From: a virus
DNA: 64,000 nt
Virus record (IMG/VR): IMGVR_UViG_3300045988_177309
Location: 32,170 to 96,169 of that record
Reading direction: 5' to 3' (one strand)
The position numbers and the translations under genes were made by a program. How positions within the stretch are numbered: the first letter of the stretch is position 1; the number at the start of each line of letters is the position of its first letter. A model generated the notes under the pieces. The model saw nothing but the letters and a program-made list of their open reading frames with translations, made no database searches and was not told the origin of the DNA. This document shows, in pieces, positions 28,861 to 42,302 of this stretch.

Positions 28861-30864
28861 ATGGCTAATGTTGGATTTTTAAGGGGTTCTCAGGCTAATT
28901 TAAATACCTTGATGACCGGTAAAACTGGTATCAAAGAGGGCTCTTTCTATTTAACTAATGATACTAATCGTTTATACTTTGGTAAATCCGCTACTGAGCT
29001 TGTTGCTCTTAATGAGGGTGTAATAACTGTTGCGGCTATAGCCGATTTGCCTTCGGGTGCCGATCTTTCTAATGAAATCGGTCACTTTTATTATGCTACT
29101 GCTGAAAATATTCTTTGTGTTTATAATGGTAGCCAATGGGTACAAATTAATCCTGATACTGATACTCAGGTTTCTTCTGTAAATACTGCTGTTGTTGTGG
29201 CTGAAAACGCTGCGACTGCAACCACAACTCTTAAGTTTTCTCGTGATGGTAAAGATCTTGATGCTGCTGAAAACAAGTCTGCTACTTTGAAGTTTGTTGG
29301 TGCCGACCTTGTTTTGACTGCCAATGGTGCTGATGGTATTAAGCTGACTGGCGATACCTATTCAATCGGTTCCAGTGCTATTGCTGGTGGTGTAGCGATT
29401 GATTTAAATCGTGATAATGCTGCAGATACCACTCGCAAAGGTAAAATTGGTTCAGTCAATTTAAAGGCTGGTAATGCAATTAAGTTAGTGCGTGACACTA
29501 ATGGTGATATTACTGTTAATGCTACTACTGAAGTTGGTTCTGTTGAATCCACTACTTTTACGGTTTCTCAAACTGGTCAAGTTGCTACTATTGAAAGCGC
29601 AGTTAAAGATAGTCTTTCAACTGATCCTGTAAAGGATAGTTTCAAGCTTGCTGCTGATGGTAATGATATTAGCCTGAGCACTGATACTGAGACCAAAACT
29701 GTTAAAATTAAGGGTAGTCACTTCTCTTTAAGTGGTGAAACCAAGGAAACTGATAATACTGCCAAGATCACTTTAAAATCTGACCTTACAGGCAGTGCCA
29801 GTTCTGATTTTAGCATTGCTGGTGGTGATAATGTAACCGTTACTCAGAATGGTTCTGCAATTAGCATTACTGCAATCGATACAACCTTAGATAGCGTTGC
29901 TGTTGATGCTCAGGCTGCAGGTTATAAGGTAACTGTTAAGGACACTACTACAACTGATGGTGTAACTACTACTTTTGATCCTAAGATTCAACTTGCTGGT
30001 GGTGAATCTGTTTCTTTCGTAAATGGTATCGCTACTATCCCCACTAAGGTTATTGATGATAAGATTACTGCCGCCAAGCAGAGTATGGATGCCATGGTAT
30101 TCAAGGGAGTTGCTACCGCCGTTCCTACTGGCACTCAAGAGATTGGCTGGACTTATAAAGCTACTGGCGACTTCACCATTCCTGCTGGCAGTGTTGAGGG
30201 TAGTACGGCTGCAGCCAATGTAAAGACTGGTGACTTAATCGTTGCTACTGGTATTGAAGTCGGTGGCGTTATTACAAGTAACTTAAAGTGGTATGTTGTC
30301 CCCTCTGGTGATGAAGAAAATACTACTTATAGTTTTGCTCGTGTTGAAGACGGTGGTAAAGTTGGTATTAAACTTGCTCCCGATGGTATGGCCGCTAATG
30401 TTGTTGGTCAGATGACCGTTGAAGCTGGCGATAATATTGCTATTGCTGCTAATAATGCTGATGAGGATGGTAAATATCAGAATGTAAAAATTAGCCATGG
30501 TGCGGTTGGTACTGCTGTTGCAGCTCCTACTGCTACTAAGGTTAGCCAAAAAGTTGATGAGGCTCTTGTCATTACTGCTCATGAAGTAGCTTATGATAAA
30601 TATGGTCATATCACTGGCGTAACTGCTAAAGAATATACTCTGAAAGATACCGATACTCATAATGATATCGATACTTTTGCTGTTGCAGCTTCTGAAAACG
30701 GCCAGGGCGTCGTACATTCTGTAAAAACTAAAGACAATACTAACGCTATGACCGCTCAGGTTAATTATGTTGCGGCCACCGATAATCAAAATATATCCAT
30801 TAAGACCACTTCTGTTGCTGGTGTTGCTACTGTAACATTTGATCTGGTTTGGGGTACGTTTTAA
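28861..30864 (+). CDS. tail fibre / appendage protein, 667 aa, contains no TAG codon
   Basis: Intact ORF with ribosome-binding site AAAAGGAGAT. It has the same N-terminal FLRG...LYFG domain as 28106. The body is rich in Thr/Ala/Gly/Val repeats. It is noticeably GC-richer than its neighbours. Confidence 0.75.
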   Translation: MANVGFLRGSQANLNTLMTGKTGIKEGSFYLTNDTNRLYFGKSATELVALNEGVITVAAIADLPSGADLSNEIGHFYYATAENILCVYNGSQWVQINPDTDTQVSSVNTAVVVAENAATATTTLKFSRDGKDLDAAENKSATLKFVGADLVLTANGADGIKLTGDTYSIGSSAIAGGVAIDLNRDNAADTTRKGKIGSVNLKAGNAIKLVRDTNGDITVNATTEVGSVESTTFTVSQTGQVATIESAVKDSLSTDPVKDSFKLAADGNDISLSTDTETKTVKIKGSHFSLSGETKETDNTAKITLKSDLTGSASSDFSIAGGDNVTVTQNGSAISITAIDTTLDSVAVDAQAAGYKVTVKDTTTTDGVTTTFDPKIQLAGGESVSFVNGIATIPTKVIDDKITAAKQSMDAMVFKGVATAVPTGTQEIGWTYKATGDFTIPAGSVEGSTAAANVKTGDLIVATGIEVGGVITSNLKWYVVPSGDEENTTYSFARVEDGGKVGIKLAPDGMAANVVGQMTVEAGDNIAIAANNADEDGKYQNVKISHGAVGTAVAAPTATKVSQKVDEALVITAHEVAYDKYGHITGVTAKEYTLKDTDTHNDIDTFAVAASENGQGVVHSVKTKDNTNAMTAQVNYVAATDNQNISIKTTSVAGVATVTFDLVWGTF

Positions 30865-30931
30865 TTGATGATTGGACGAATTCCAATAAATAAATAAGTA
30901 TAATTTTTAATTTCCTTAGAGGAATAATAAA

Positions 30932-30967
30932 AGGGAAAGGGGCTTTTGTTCCTTTCCCCTTTTTTTA
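30932..30967 (+). terminator. rho-independent terminator
   Basis: Stem agggaaagg / cctttccct followed by TTTTTTT. Confidence 0.65.
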
Positions 30968-31005
30968 TTATGTTACGAAATGATAGAAAGGAGTTAAAAA
31001 ATATA

Positions 31006-34000
31006 ATGGCAACTGCATTTAGACCCGTCCGCACAACTAAAGATAGGCTAAATATTGAAAAATATAATGAAGGCTATATTTATATGGTAAAAGATAGCGG
31101 CCAAATTTTTATGGATGCTGATGGGAAACGTATATTATTAGGTAATAATGGTGTGTCATTATTTTATGGTACTGACGAAAAACCAGTAGAAGATCCAGAT
31201 TTAGAAACTGGTTATATTTTAGTATTAAGTAAAATAGAAAATTATGAAAATTGCCATGAAGGTGATTTAATTTTAAATAAAAACGATGGTGCTTTTTATC
31301 AAATATTAACTATTGATGAACCAAATGATTAGATATATTGTGCGCGTTTATCTATAAGTGGCGGTGGTGGAGGCAGTGGAGATAATCCTGGCGGTGGCCG
31401 CAATATGACTTTTAAAGTTGAAGGTTTAACACACTCTACTGTTATTAATGGTACAGAAGTTTCCACTTATGTGACTGCGACCGCAAAACAAGATGCCAAT
31501 GGTGATTATGAAGATGATGTTTTAACCATTAATTGGGCTTTATATGAAGGCATTAAAGATGAAGGCACTCCTTATATGCGCGGTACATTTGAAGTTAATA
31601 ATGGCGAAAGGACACAATTTGAATTTGGTAAACGATTAAAAGCTAATACCACGAGTTCATTGTGGATGACCGCTTCCGGTGTTAATAGTGGTATTTCTAT
31701 AAAACGTAATATTCAAGTTACGACTGTTGATTTGATTCTTAGCCGCAGTTCCAAATTTTCACCTTTAACTTTATATAGTTCTACGGTTAAACCTATTATG
31801 TATTGTAACGTGTCTGGCGCAATTACTAAACAATTATTATTTTATGTAGATAATGAATTGGTAAATGAGCAGATATTAGATTATAATAATAATGGTGAAA
31901 AATCTTATACAATAAATACCGCAACATTAGAGCATGGCACTCATATAGCTCGTTTTGAATTATATTCTTATGAAAATAACAAACAAGGTGCTGGCCCAGA
32001 ACCTATTGAATTTGAATTTGCTTATAATAGTGGCTCAAATAATTTGCCAATTATTTGGATTGGTTCTTATAAGAATGAATACTATAATTATGATAAAATT
32101 CAAATTCCTTTCTTGGCTTATGATCCAAAAGTTCCAACCAATACAATTGTTAATTTTTATAAAGATGCAAAAATACTTGAATCTAAACAGTAGGTAATAA
32201 ATTTTACTTCTACTTCAGAATATAAAATTTTTGAAATTACTGATGTTACTACCGATGAAGAAAATCTTTACTATATTTCTTGTGGTGAAGGCGAACGTGA
32301 AGTGCGCCGCGAAATCGCATTTAACGTAAAGACTGATCCTAATCGTGATATGAACATCATTGCTGAAAACTTAATGCTTTCATTTGACGCAACTGGCCGC
32401 TCAAACAGTGAGTCGGCCGCAAATCGTGAAAAATGGCAGTATAACGATTATAAAGCAACTTTTGAAAACTTTAACTGGTATAATAATGGTTGGCTCCTAG
32501 ATGAAAATAATAACACTTGTTTACGTATAAGTAATGGGGCGAAGTTTTCAATTCCTATTGGCCCAATGACATTAAATTCTAATGTTAGTGGTATTAAAAA
32601 ATGTACCTTTGAATTTCAATTTAAAGTTAAGAATATTAGTAATTATAATAAATTAATTAAAGAAATTACTCGTTATTCTGACGACTAGGCTGCTTATGAT
32701 GCATTTCTTGCACAAGATAAGTATGATAATTATGATGCCTTCTTACATGATAAAGCATTAGAACTGTTAGGCAAAGAATATGATGATTTAGTCTTTAGTC
32801 AAGTTTATAAATAGATATCCACGGCAAATGCATTTTGTAAGTACATTACTGGCACTACTGGATTGTGTTTAGGACCATAGGGTGCTTTTTTTAGTGACGG
32901 TACTGATACTGTTAATGTGGCCTATGTTGAAAATTAGTTAGTTAATTTAAGTATTGTATTCTCTCCTAATTCTAATTTAATTTTAATTTATATTAATGGT
33001 GTTTTAACGGGGGTTAATAAGATTACAGTGGACAGTGCAGTTAATATCACAAGTTCAGCTATTGAATTTAATTCAAGCAATTGTGATATTGATTTATATA
33101 AAGTGCGTGTTTACTCTGAAAGCTTAGATCTATTAAATATTTTAAAGAATTATGCCGTTGATTTTAAGGATGTTTTAATTTATGATCAAAATAGCATTGC
33201 TTCTCTTGACACTAGTGTTGGTAATGAGCCTAGACTGCGCTATGAAGACATGATTCTTTATAATCAGACTCATCCTGATGATTATTTAATGCCTTATTTG
33301 ATTTTTGATGTAACTAATACTTCGTTGAAGAATATGCCTTATAAAAAAGCAGTTAAGGTTAATGGTGCAACCATTACTTTTGTTAATACTGGTTTAGATA
33401 GGGCTTATGAAAATGGCGAGTTACTTACTAAAATTAAAGAGGATAAAGAAATCGCTGGCATTCTTGCTGAATAGGGTGAAATTGCGGCAATTGAAGAATA
33501 TTATAAACATCATTGTCCAAGCTTCACTTCTACTGCCTATGAAGATTTAAATAATACTGGCGTAACGCTTTAGGTTCAAGGCACTTCTTCTGAATTCTAT
33601 CCTCGTCGCAATTATAAAATAAAAACTAAGGGTTCAGATAAGAATATCAATATGTATATGAATGCTGGGCCTTTTAAAAGTGCTTATAAAAATAAAGAAG
33701 ATAAGTGCCATCTTGATGCATTCTATTATGATAACTATACGGTAGGTACTACTAAATTTACTGTAAAGATTGATTATATGGAATCTTCCGGTACTTATAA
33801 TATGGGTATGGCTAATTTTGTTGCTAATGCCTATACAAAACATCCTATTAATGATTATAATAGTGTTGGCGCTTTTACTGAATCAAAAGAAAATTATGAA
33901 GTTGCAACCTCTTATGATGAAAACGCCACCTATTATGAACTAAATGAGGCTGGTAAATATAAGAAATTAACCGATCAAACTATTGTAAATGCTGAAAATG

Positions 34001-37000
34001 TTGGTAATTATTATATTGCAGTTACCACTTATAAAGCATATGATTGGCCGAATATAAAAGATTATCGCACCAGTGTACAAGGTTTTCCCGTATTAGGTTT
34101 CTGCAAAAATGGAGAAACCTATACATTTTTAGGTCGCTTCAATCTACTTTTGGATAAAGGTTCAGATGAAGCTTATGGATTTAAACCCAGTGAAAAAATA
34201 AGCCAAAAATTTTTAGGTAATAAAGCCGTACGTAAAATGACTGAGTGCTGGGAATTCTCAGATAATGGCCGCACATTCTGCTCATTCAGAGATCCTTTAA
34301 AGCGTAAAGAATTCAGTTTTAGTATGACTCAAGATGAAATGCGTCGCGCTGGAATGAATACTGAAGGCCTTGTGTTTAATGGCAATGAGCGCGCAAACTC
34401 TAAGGGTTGTGGCCCAATAGTAACGGATAGCTACGAATATCGTTATCATACTGATTCTGATCTTTTGGATTATATTTATGATATAACTGGTGGCGGTGTA
34501 ACTACTGAAGATTTGGCTGATGGTGGTTATGCTCCCGAAGAATATTCTACTCCTGAGAATAGAAATGCCTCTTTGTTTAAGAAGATGAAAAACTGGGAAC
34601 GTGCTTGTAAATGGGTTTGGAGTACTTGTGTTGATTATGTTGGTAAAGAAGACGATTTAATTAATAAGTATGCGATAAAACAATATGGCAAAAATGCTAC
34701 ATTCGTTCATACTAAAAAATATTCTGCGGCAAAAATTCCTACTGTTGAAGAGACAATTTTATTTAATCCAACAGAAGTAACAATGGCTTATGATAACGTT
34801 AAGAATAATTTAATTCAAGCCGGATTAACTGAAGATATTTTAAAGAGCGCTGAATGGGGTACTGTTGATGGCACTGATAGTAGCGGCAATATTATTTATA
34901 CATTTTCTGATAGTGATGTATTCCGCGCTTATGCTAAAATTACTGGTTATGTTTATGTACAAGATCTTGATAAAGTTGGTACTTATTAGACTGGTACAGT
35001 TGAAGCTTATACCAATGTATTTAATACAATTAAACAAACTCCTGAAGATTATGCAACTGATAATATTGAAGTTCTTAATCCCGCAGTTACCATTAATAGC
35101 GTTACTCATTATTTTGATACTCAAGAATATCGTTTAGCCAAATTTAAGAAAGAGCTTCCTGAACACTTCGATTTAGAATATTGCTTAGTGTATTTCTTAA
35201 TTACAGAAATTTTCCTTTGCTATGATAGTCGTGGAAAGAACTGTATGATGGCGTCCTGGGGTCCGCAAAAAGAAGGTGGCGATTATATTTGGTATCCTAT
35301 TTTTTATGATATGGATACGCAGTTGGGTATTAATAATACTGGTATTCCTTCTTTCGAGTATTATGTAAATGCCCAAGAAGAAGGTTGTTTCTCTACTAAT
35401 GATAGCGTATTATGGGCAAATCTTTATACTTGTTTTAAAGATGCTTTAAAAGCTAAGTATTTCCAGATGCGCGGGGATGGTAGTGGTATTATAAACATTA
35501 ATACTAAAAAAGCTACCACTCCTTTGCTTGGTTCTTCTACTGGCGATAATGACACTCGTTCGGCATTGCAGCGTGATGTTGACCATATTGAAAAATGGTA
35601 TTTAGCTGACCCTGACGAATGTGACTCTATTGCGATGAGAGGTATTCGTCCTTTAATGGCTTTAAATTTAGATGAGTATTGGAAGTATATTTCTATTACT
35701 AATGCCGCAGGTGATGGTTATCAAAATCAAGATGGCGATAAAGCGATTGATGGCGATGGCACTTATTTCTATGCTTTGCAGGGCGACCGCAGTTTATCAC
35801 GTTAGCAATTCTTAATGAATCGTATTAATTTTTATGATTCAGTCCAAGGCTGGGGCGAATATGCGCGTGCAGGTACCTCAATACAAGGTCGTATTATTGC
35901 TAATGATATAAATCAAACTTCTGATAAATATATTGATAATAATACTACTACATTACCAGATGGATTTGTATATTCACCATATTATGTTATGGAAAATGGT
36001 GTTGAAAAGAAAGATGCCAATGGCAATCCTATTAAAACCAATTATTTAGATGCCGATTTGGCAGTCAAAATAATTCCTTATCAACGTCAATATGTTACTA
36101 TTGGCGGTGATAATAGTTCAATGGAACCGTAGTTATATAAGGGCGATAAAGCTGTTTATATGCAACTTCCTGGTAATATGCCTATTGGACGTCGTAGCGG
36201 TGCTAAATATGGCGAACAATTGTTTTATATTTATGGCGCGAGCTTCTTACAAGATATTGGTGATATGAGTACTCTTTATTGGCGTGAATTCAAAGCATTA
36301 GGTGCGTCACGTTTATAGAGATTATTACTTGGTTCAGAATATCCTGGATATTTCTTAAAGACTAATCCGCCCAGTTTTGATGCTTCCAAGAATAGCGCAA
36401 AAGGTAAGCCAATGTTAAAAGAAGTAAATCTTACTGGTGTATTTATTGAAAATGTGCAAACATTAGACTTCTCCAGTAGTGAAAAATTACAATCTTTCCG
36501 CGCAGTACGTTCTAATATTTAGAATATTGTATTCGCGGAAGGGGTTGCACTTAACACTTTACATATACCTAAAACATTAACAAATCTTAATTTAGTTGAA
36601 GCTTCGCAATTGAAAGGTTTGGTTACTTCTTATGAAGCACCTACAGAAGAGAATTTCTCTACTTGGACTCCTCCTGTAGGATTATATATTGAAGATTTAA
36701 CTAATAATTTAGATACTGCGACTGAAACTGGTTTGAATGTGTTAAGCATTAATGGTGATTACTTTGGTTATGATAGTTATAAATTATTAAAAGCTTTAAC
36801 TCGTATTAAGCTTTAGCCAAACCAAGGACAGCTTTAGATATCATTGCGTGGTGTAAATTGGATGCCTTATGAAAAATTAACAGAAGGTTATACTTATAAT
36901 GCTTCTGAAGAATATTATAAGGATAATGGTCACTATGGTTTAGACGCTTGGACTTGGGATGCCGCAGAATGGGATAGTTTGCTTATTGATGGTAAATTAT

Positions 37001-38535
37001 TCAAGAAAGTTATCAATAAGTATGAATCTATTGTTGACATAAACATGTTAAAGGATTATATTGAAAAATATAGCTCTATTTTTAAGGGTACGGCTACCGC
37101 AATGCCTGAGATTACTGGTTATATCTATATTGAAAATAGTGATATAATTGATGAAGGCTATATCCGCAATACTTTATAGAACAATAATTATTATCCTAAC
37201 CTTAATTTCTTCTTTAAGAATGTAAAGCCCGGTTATTCTGGCACATTTTTATAGATAGATGAAGATGGTAAGAAAAATGTTGTTGGTATATAGAAGATTG
37301 CTGCGGATGATTTTGAATCTAATACTATTGTACGATTCTCTAATCCTTATACTATTTATACTCCAAAACCAAAGCCAAACTATGACTTCCTTGGTTGGGC
37401 AACTGATGCCGCAGGTGAAAATATAATTACTAATGAAGCTTGGGAAGAATGGTCTTGTACACAAGGTGTTATGGATTATACCTTCTATGCTATTTATATT
37501 AAACATAAATATAAGATGTTTTTCTATAATGATGATGATACATTAATTGATGAGATAGAGGTTACTTACAATGAGAAGCTTTATCCTCCTACGATCGTTC
37601 CTCATAAAGATGAATCAACATTGCCATTAGAAAGCACTTATAAACATGTTGGTTATTCGACTAGTAAGGGCGGTCGTAAAGTTGATTTAGAGTCTATGCG
37701 CTCAATCAAAGATTATAAGTTCTATGCGGTTTATGAAATTGCTAATGTTTATGATGCTCCATTTGATGAAAAATTCTTTGATTTCACTTCTGGAACATAT
37801 CATGAACAAAGTGGTTACTATATTAGTGTTAAATCTGGGTATTCATTATCTGGTAAAGTAACATTGCCAACTCGTTATAATAATCAACCTGTTATTGGTA
37901 TATTGGGAGCTTCAAGTCAATCAGACAGTAGTTTTGTTAATGGCTTTAGAAATAATAATGATATTACTCATATTTTCTGGTATAAAGACTCTGCTGGAAT
38001 GAATATAATTGATTTTGCAATGCGCTGTTTTGAAGGAATGGGTTCATTACAATATATTGAAATTCCTGGCACTATAGAGCGCTTTGGAGCTTATTGTATG
38101 GCTTCAATCCGTAAGAATAATGAGGTTAATGTACCAGTATTAAAGTTAAATCGTATTGATATTAATCCTGATAAGATTTGTCGTTTTGATGCTTATGCAT
38201 TTAGTGGTTCGCCAGTTGATAATGAATCATTTACAATTACAGGCCGCTTTGATTTTATTGGTAATCAGGCATTTGCTTATCAAACAAAAATATCAACTTT
38301 TAATTTCGGTGATGCAGAAAAAGGCTGTTATATTACTAGTATGCGTAGCAGCAATTAGTATTATCAGGTACTTCGTTAGAATCCTTCTGATCGTACTATT
38401 ACAACAGTAAATATGTATTCTGACCAAGAAAATATTAACAAATATAGTGCGCCTGAATCTGACGACTATCTGCCCAATCTTACTGGTCTTACTACTGCTA
38501 GTGTTAATGTTACTTATAATTATACAGTTATATAA
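31006..38535 (+). CDS. giant multi-domain fibre/adhesin-like protein (~2509 aa) with a C-terminal BspA-type leucine-rich-repeat region; TAG-recoded
   Basis: The ATG at 31006 follows the ribosome-binding site GAAAGGAG. Frame 1 is continuous through 11 ORF-track pieces (30946 to 37471), separated only by TAG. TAA lies at 38533-38535. The N-terminus shares the fibre N-domain. The C-terminal ~300 aa carry a repeating I.IP..V..IG..AF pattern like LRR_5/BspA. Confidence 0.7.
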
Positions 38536-38546
38536 GGAGAAGTAAA

Positions 38547-38756
38547 ATGAGAAAGTCTACAGTTTATAGATACTTAGGCACTAATGGAATAATAGATAGC
38601 CCTATTCATATCGAGGGTGCATATTCAGTGCGCTATTACTCCTTATTTGCCGATGAAGGAAAAGTTCTTACTAAAGACCATAAGAGATTCGTCGAAATGG
38701 TAACTGTTCCAGAAGCAGATTTAAACTTATGGGTAGAAATAGATAAAGAACAATAA
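38547..38756 (+). CDS. hypothetical small protein (69 aa)
   Basis: Intact ORF with ribosome-binding site TAAGGAGAAG and no TAG. Confidence 0.45.
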   Translation: MRKSTVYRYLGTNGIIDSPIHIEGAYSVRYYSLFADEGKVLTKDHKRFVEMVTVPEADLNLWVEIDKEQ

Positions 38757-38772
38757 GAAACATTAAAATAAA

Positions 38773-38808
38773 GTGAGTTAGGAAATTTGTTTCCTAACTC
38801 ACAATTTT
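38773..38808 (+). terminator. rho-independent terminator
   Basis: Stem gtgagttaggaaa / tttcctaactcac followed by AATTTT. Confidence 0.55.
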
Positions 38809-38831
38809 AATAGAAAGGAAGTTAAAAGCTA

Positions 38832-40646
38832 ATGATTACTTATGTAAATAGTGAAAATACTGTTAAATATCGTAAGCTATTTGAAGAAGCTAATAAAATC
38901 TTGAAAAAGAATGGTGATATGCAAGATGGTGCAGAAATCACCACTTTAGAAGATTATTTTGGTTATATTACCAAATTGGCCAAATATGACCATGATGATA
39001 CCTCTAATAATTCACCAGTTTATGACCCTTCAAAGAATAGGCAATTTAAATATACTATTTTACCAGTAGATGAGGAAGTATTTTTGATTGATGCAAATAC
39101 AAGAACTATTACTGTGCCGCCTAGTTTTAAGAAGAACGGTATTTCAGTAAAAGGCGATGAAATTGCAGAAATACTTTATTTTGAAATTGATCGTTATTTT
39201 GATGCTACTGATTTAAATACTAAAGAAATTTATATATAGTGGGAAACCGCCCCTGATGCTAAAGGCGTTACTGAAAAGAACGTTTCTATCCCTTGGGTGC
39301 GTGATATTGTAAGTAAGCCCGGAAAACTTATTTTTGGTTGGCCTATTTCTTCTGAAATTACTGACCGTGCGGGTACAATTAAATTTTCTGTGCGCTTTAT
39401 TAGTAAGACTAATGAAGAAAAGCCTAAAATTACTTATAGTTTTAGTACTTTAACTGCAAGTGCAGCAATTAACCCTGGTCTTGATTTAGATATAGAAAAT
39501 GATAGTGCAATAGAAATTGTGGATCGCAATGATTTAATTCTTAGTCGTTTTGTTGATACTAATCCTGTTGGTGGTCAAACTGCAGAAAAACCCATACTGT
39601 TTAAAGATTTGCCCGCAACGATTAATCTTGAGGGTGAAAGGGATAATCAATCTCAAGTTCTTCGAGTACAAGCTGAAAGTCAAGATGCTGGCGTTATTTC
39701 TATTTCTTGGACTCACATGCAAAATGGTCATATTGTACCTAGTGCTAATAGCAAACTTATAGTTTTACCAGATGAATATATATTGAGTACTGATGGTAAT
39801 TTTGTAAAAGGTAAAGCTTATTATACTAAAGTAGAAAATGACAATAACATTTCTGGTTATCAGATTGCGGAAGTTACTGATGGAGATCCGATTCCTGCAA
39901 ATACTTATTATGAAAGGTTCTATGCTTGTACTATTTCTGAGACTGGCACTTATTTTGCAACTATCACCAATCGAGTACAGATTAGTTCTGATACCATAGA
40001 TACTACTAAATGCGTAGTTCCCGCTGCAAGCAAACCTATAATTAATAATTTTCCCACGAGTTCATTGTTTGATGCAGATATGACTCCTGTATCATTAATC
40101 TGTCTTGCGCAAAGTCCTGATGGCGGCGAGCTCACTTATCAATGGTATTCTAAGGAAAATCTTATTGAGAATGCTAATAAGAATGAGTATACTACAAATG
40201 AAGAAGGTAGTTATAGCGTAATCGTTACTAATCATTTAAATAACAGTATAATGACTACATAGTCTGAGGTTTGCCGCGTTACTAAATTGGCTGAAAAGCC
40301 CCGCATCTTAAAACCTTTGCCTGCTTCTGAAAGCGACATGGCTGAAATCGAGATGGAAAATGGTTCTGCTATATTAGAAGTTACTCTTGACTCCACTGTG
40401 GCTACTGATGGATATACTTATCAATGGTATAAATGTGATTATAAGAATGATTATGCGGAAAGTGGAAAATAGCATCCTCATGAAAATGATGAAGCTCTCT
40501 TGCCTGAGGCTGTTCAAACCACTGATCTTGCTATTCGTTATACAGTTAATGCTTCAGGCTATTATTATGTTAAAATTACTAATAATCTTAATGGTAGTCA
40601 ATCTGAACCCACTTATAGTTTATTATTCAAGGTTGCGCAAATCTAA
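38832..40646 (+). CDS. structural protein (~604 aa) with C-terminal Ig-like repeats; TAG-recoded
   Basis: Frame 0 is continuous through pieces 38832, 39297 and 40287. The motif TYQWY.KEN / TYQWYKCDY recurs in ~90-aa units. The N-terminal ~130 aa are paralogous to the gene at 40665. Confidence 0.65.
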
Positions 40647-40664
40647 TTAAAGAGGTAACAAACG

Positions 40665-41261
40665 ATGATAACAACTGCCGCGGAATATGAAAAATATTTG
40701 TCATAGATTTATGACGTAAATCCTCCCACCTTGGCAGTTTTACTCCCTAGCAATGAACCCATTTATAAAATTGATTTAAACAAAAGAACTGTTGAAGTAC
40801 CAGATTTTTTAAGTGTGGAAAAAGATCATAGGGCAGAATGTTTATATTTTATTGTAGATAGATTTTTTGATAATATCGATTTATCTACTACAACTTGTGT
40901 AATACAATATATAAATGCTGGTGGGGAATCGCGGGTATATGCTGTCCCATATTATGACGTAACCACTTATAATAATCCCGATTCGCCTAAGATGCTCATT
41001 CCTTGGGCTATTGGAGGCGAAGCAACTAAGTATGCCGGCGATGTTACTTTCTCATTTAGATTTTATAAACTTAATAAAGTTTTAGATGAAAAAAATCCAA
41101 GATATTTTACTTATAACTTAAGCACTCGACCGACAAAAGGTAAGGTGTTATATGGCTTAGATATTAAAGATTTAGAAGCTAGCAACTATTTAGCTGATAA
41201 AGAAGAAGAAATCTATGCTCGTATAGCCGCATTAGAAAGTTTAAGTTGGATTGATTTATAA
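40665..41261 (+). CDS. structural protein (~198 aa), paralogue of the N-terminal domain of the 38832 gene; 1 in-frame TAG
   Basis: ATG at 40665 follows the ribosome-binding site AAAGAGGT. The shared motif is T.TVP.F...AE.LYF..DR.FD..DL.T. Confidence 0.55.
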
Positions 41262-41270
41262 TAAAAATTA

Positions 41271-41298
41271 AGGGAGAATATTTTTCTCCCTCTTTTTT
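41271..41298 (+). terminator. rho-independent terminator
   Basis: Stem agggagaa / ttctccct followed by TCTTTTTT. Confidence 0.55.
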
Positions 41299-41377
41299 AT
41301 TTTATGGACACTTTTTATTAATGCAATTTAATAAAAAAAGAGATATTTATAGAAGATAAAAAGGAGGAAAATGAGTT

Positions 41378-42178
41378 TTGGCAAATGAATATGTAAAAAC
41401 ACTCAAGACCTCTGATGGTGCAATTATTATTTATCCTGAAACAATGGCGAGTGGCGTGTTTTATGTTGACCCTAATAATAGCGAATAGGGCAAAGGTGTT
41501 GTCATTCGTGAGGGTGTGAATAAAAATAAAACCGTCCAAGAGAAGCTTGAAGAATTAGAGGCTATGTGGTCTAAAGCATCTTTTTCAGGAACTTTGACTA
41601 CTGAAAATATAACCATTACTGGTATTGTTAAAATAATTACCAGTGAACATTTATATAATAATAGACCCGGAAAGGTTGGGCCTTTAACTAGTGGTCTTAA
41701 TAATGCAAAGGTTTTAATATTAAATAATAATGATGTTTTATATTATACTACTGTGCGGAATTTGCTTGAAGGCGATATGAAAAATTATCTGTCACTTAAT
41801 GGTGGAAAAATGCGCGATAATGCGACTATTAGTATTTCTGCACCCATCACAAGTGCAGCTCATGTAGTAAATAAAGAATATTTAGATTTTAATATTGTTA
41901 ATAATTTATTAAAAAATTATGTAGAAGGGGATTTGGGCTTTGAATTTTACCCACAAAATACCCCTGCGCAAAGTTTGCCAGCACCTAAATCTAAACTTGT
42001 TACAACAACAGTAGTAAAGGATTCTATTGGTAAATTAATTACTGTTTCTGCAACTCAACCTGCAGGTAGTAATTTTTAGGTTGGCGCACTTTGGATTGAT
42101 ACTGGCGGCAAGAAAAATAATTTTTTGCGCTATTGGACAGGAACAGGTTGGGCGGCTGTGCCAGTTGCCTGGACTTAA
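41378..42178 (+). CDS. hypothetical virion-module protein (~266 aa); 2 in-frame TAG
   Basis: TTG start 10 nt after AAGGAGG. In frame with ORF piece 41516, and continues through TAG at 42077 to TAA at 42176-42178. Confidence 0.5.
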
Positions 42179-42188
42179 TATATTTATA

Positions 42189-42214
42189 GGGGAAGTTTTT
42201 AACTTCCCTTTTTC
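42189..42214 (+). terminator. rho-independent terminator
   Basis: Stem gggaagtt / aacttccc followed by a T-run. Confidence 0.55.
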
Positions 42215-42302
42215 TTTTTATAAACGGCCGAATTAAAATAATGAAATTAATTAAAAATTTATATAATAGTAGTGAATTTGACAAGAAAGGAGTCTTTTAA
42301 AG

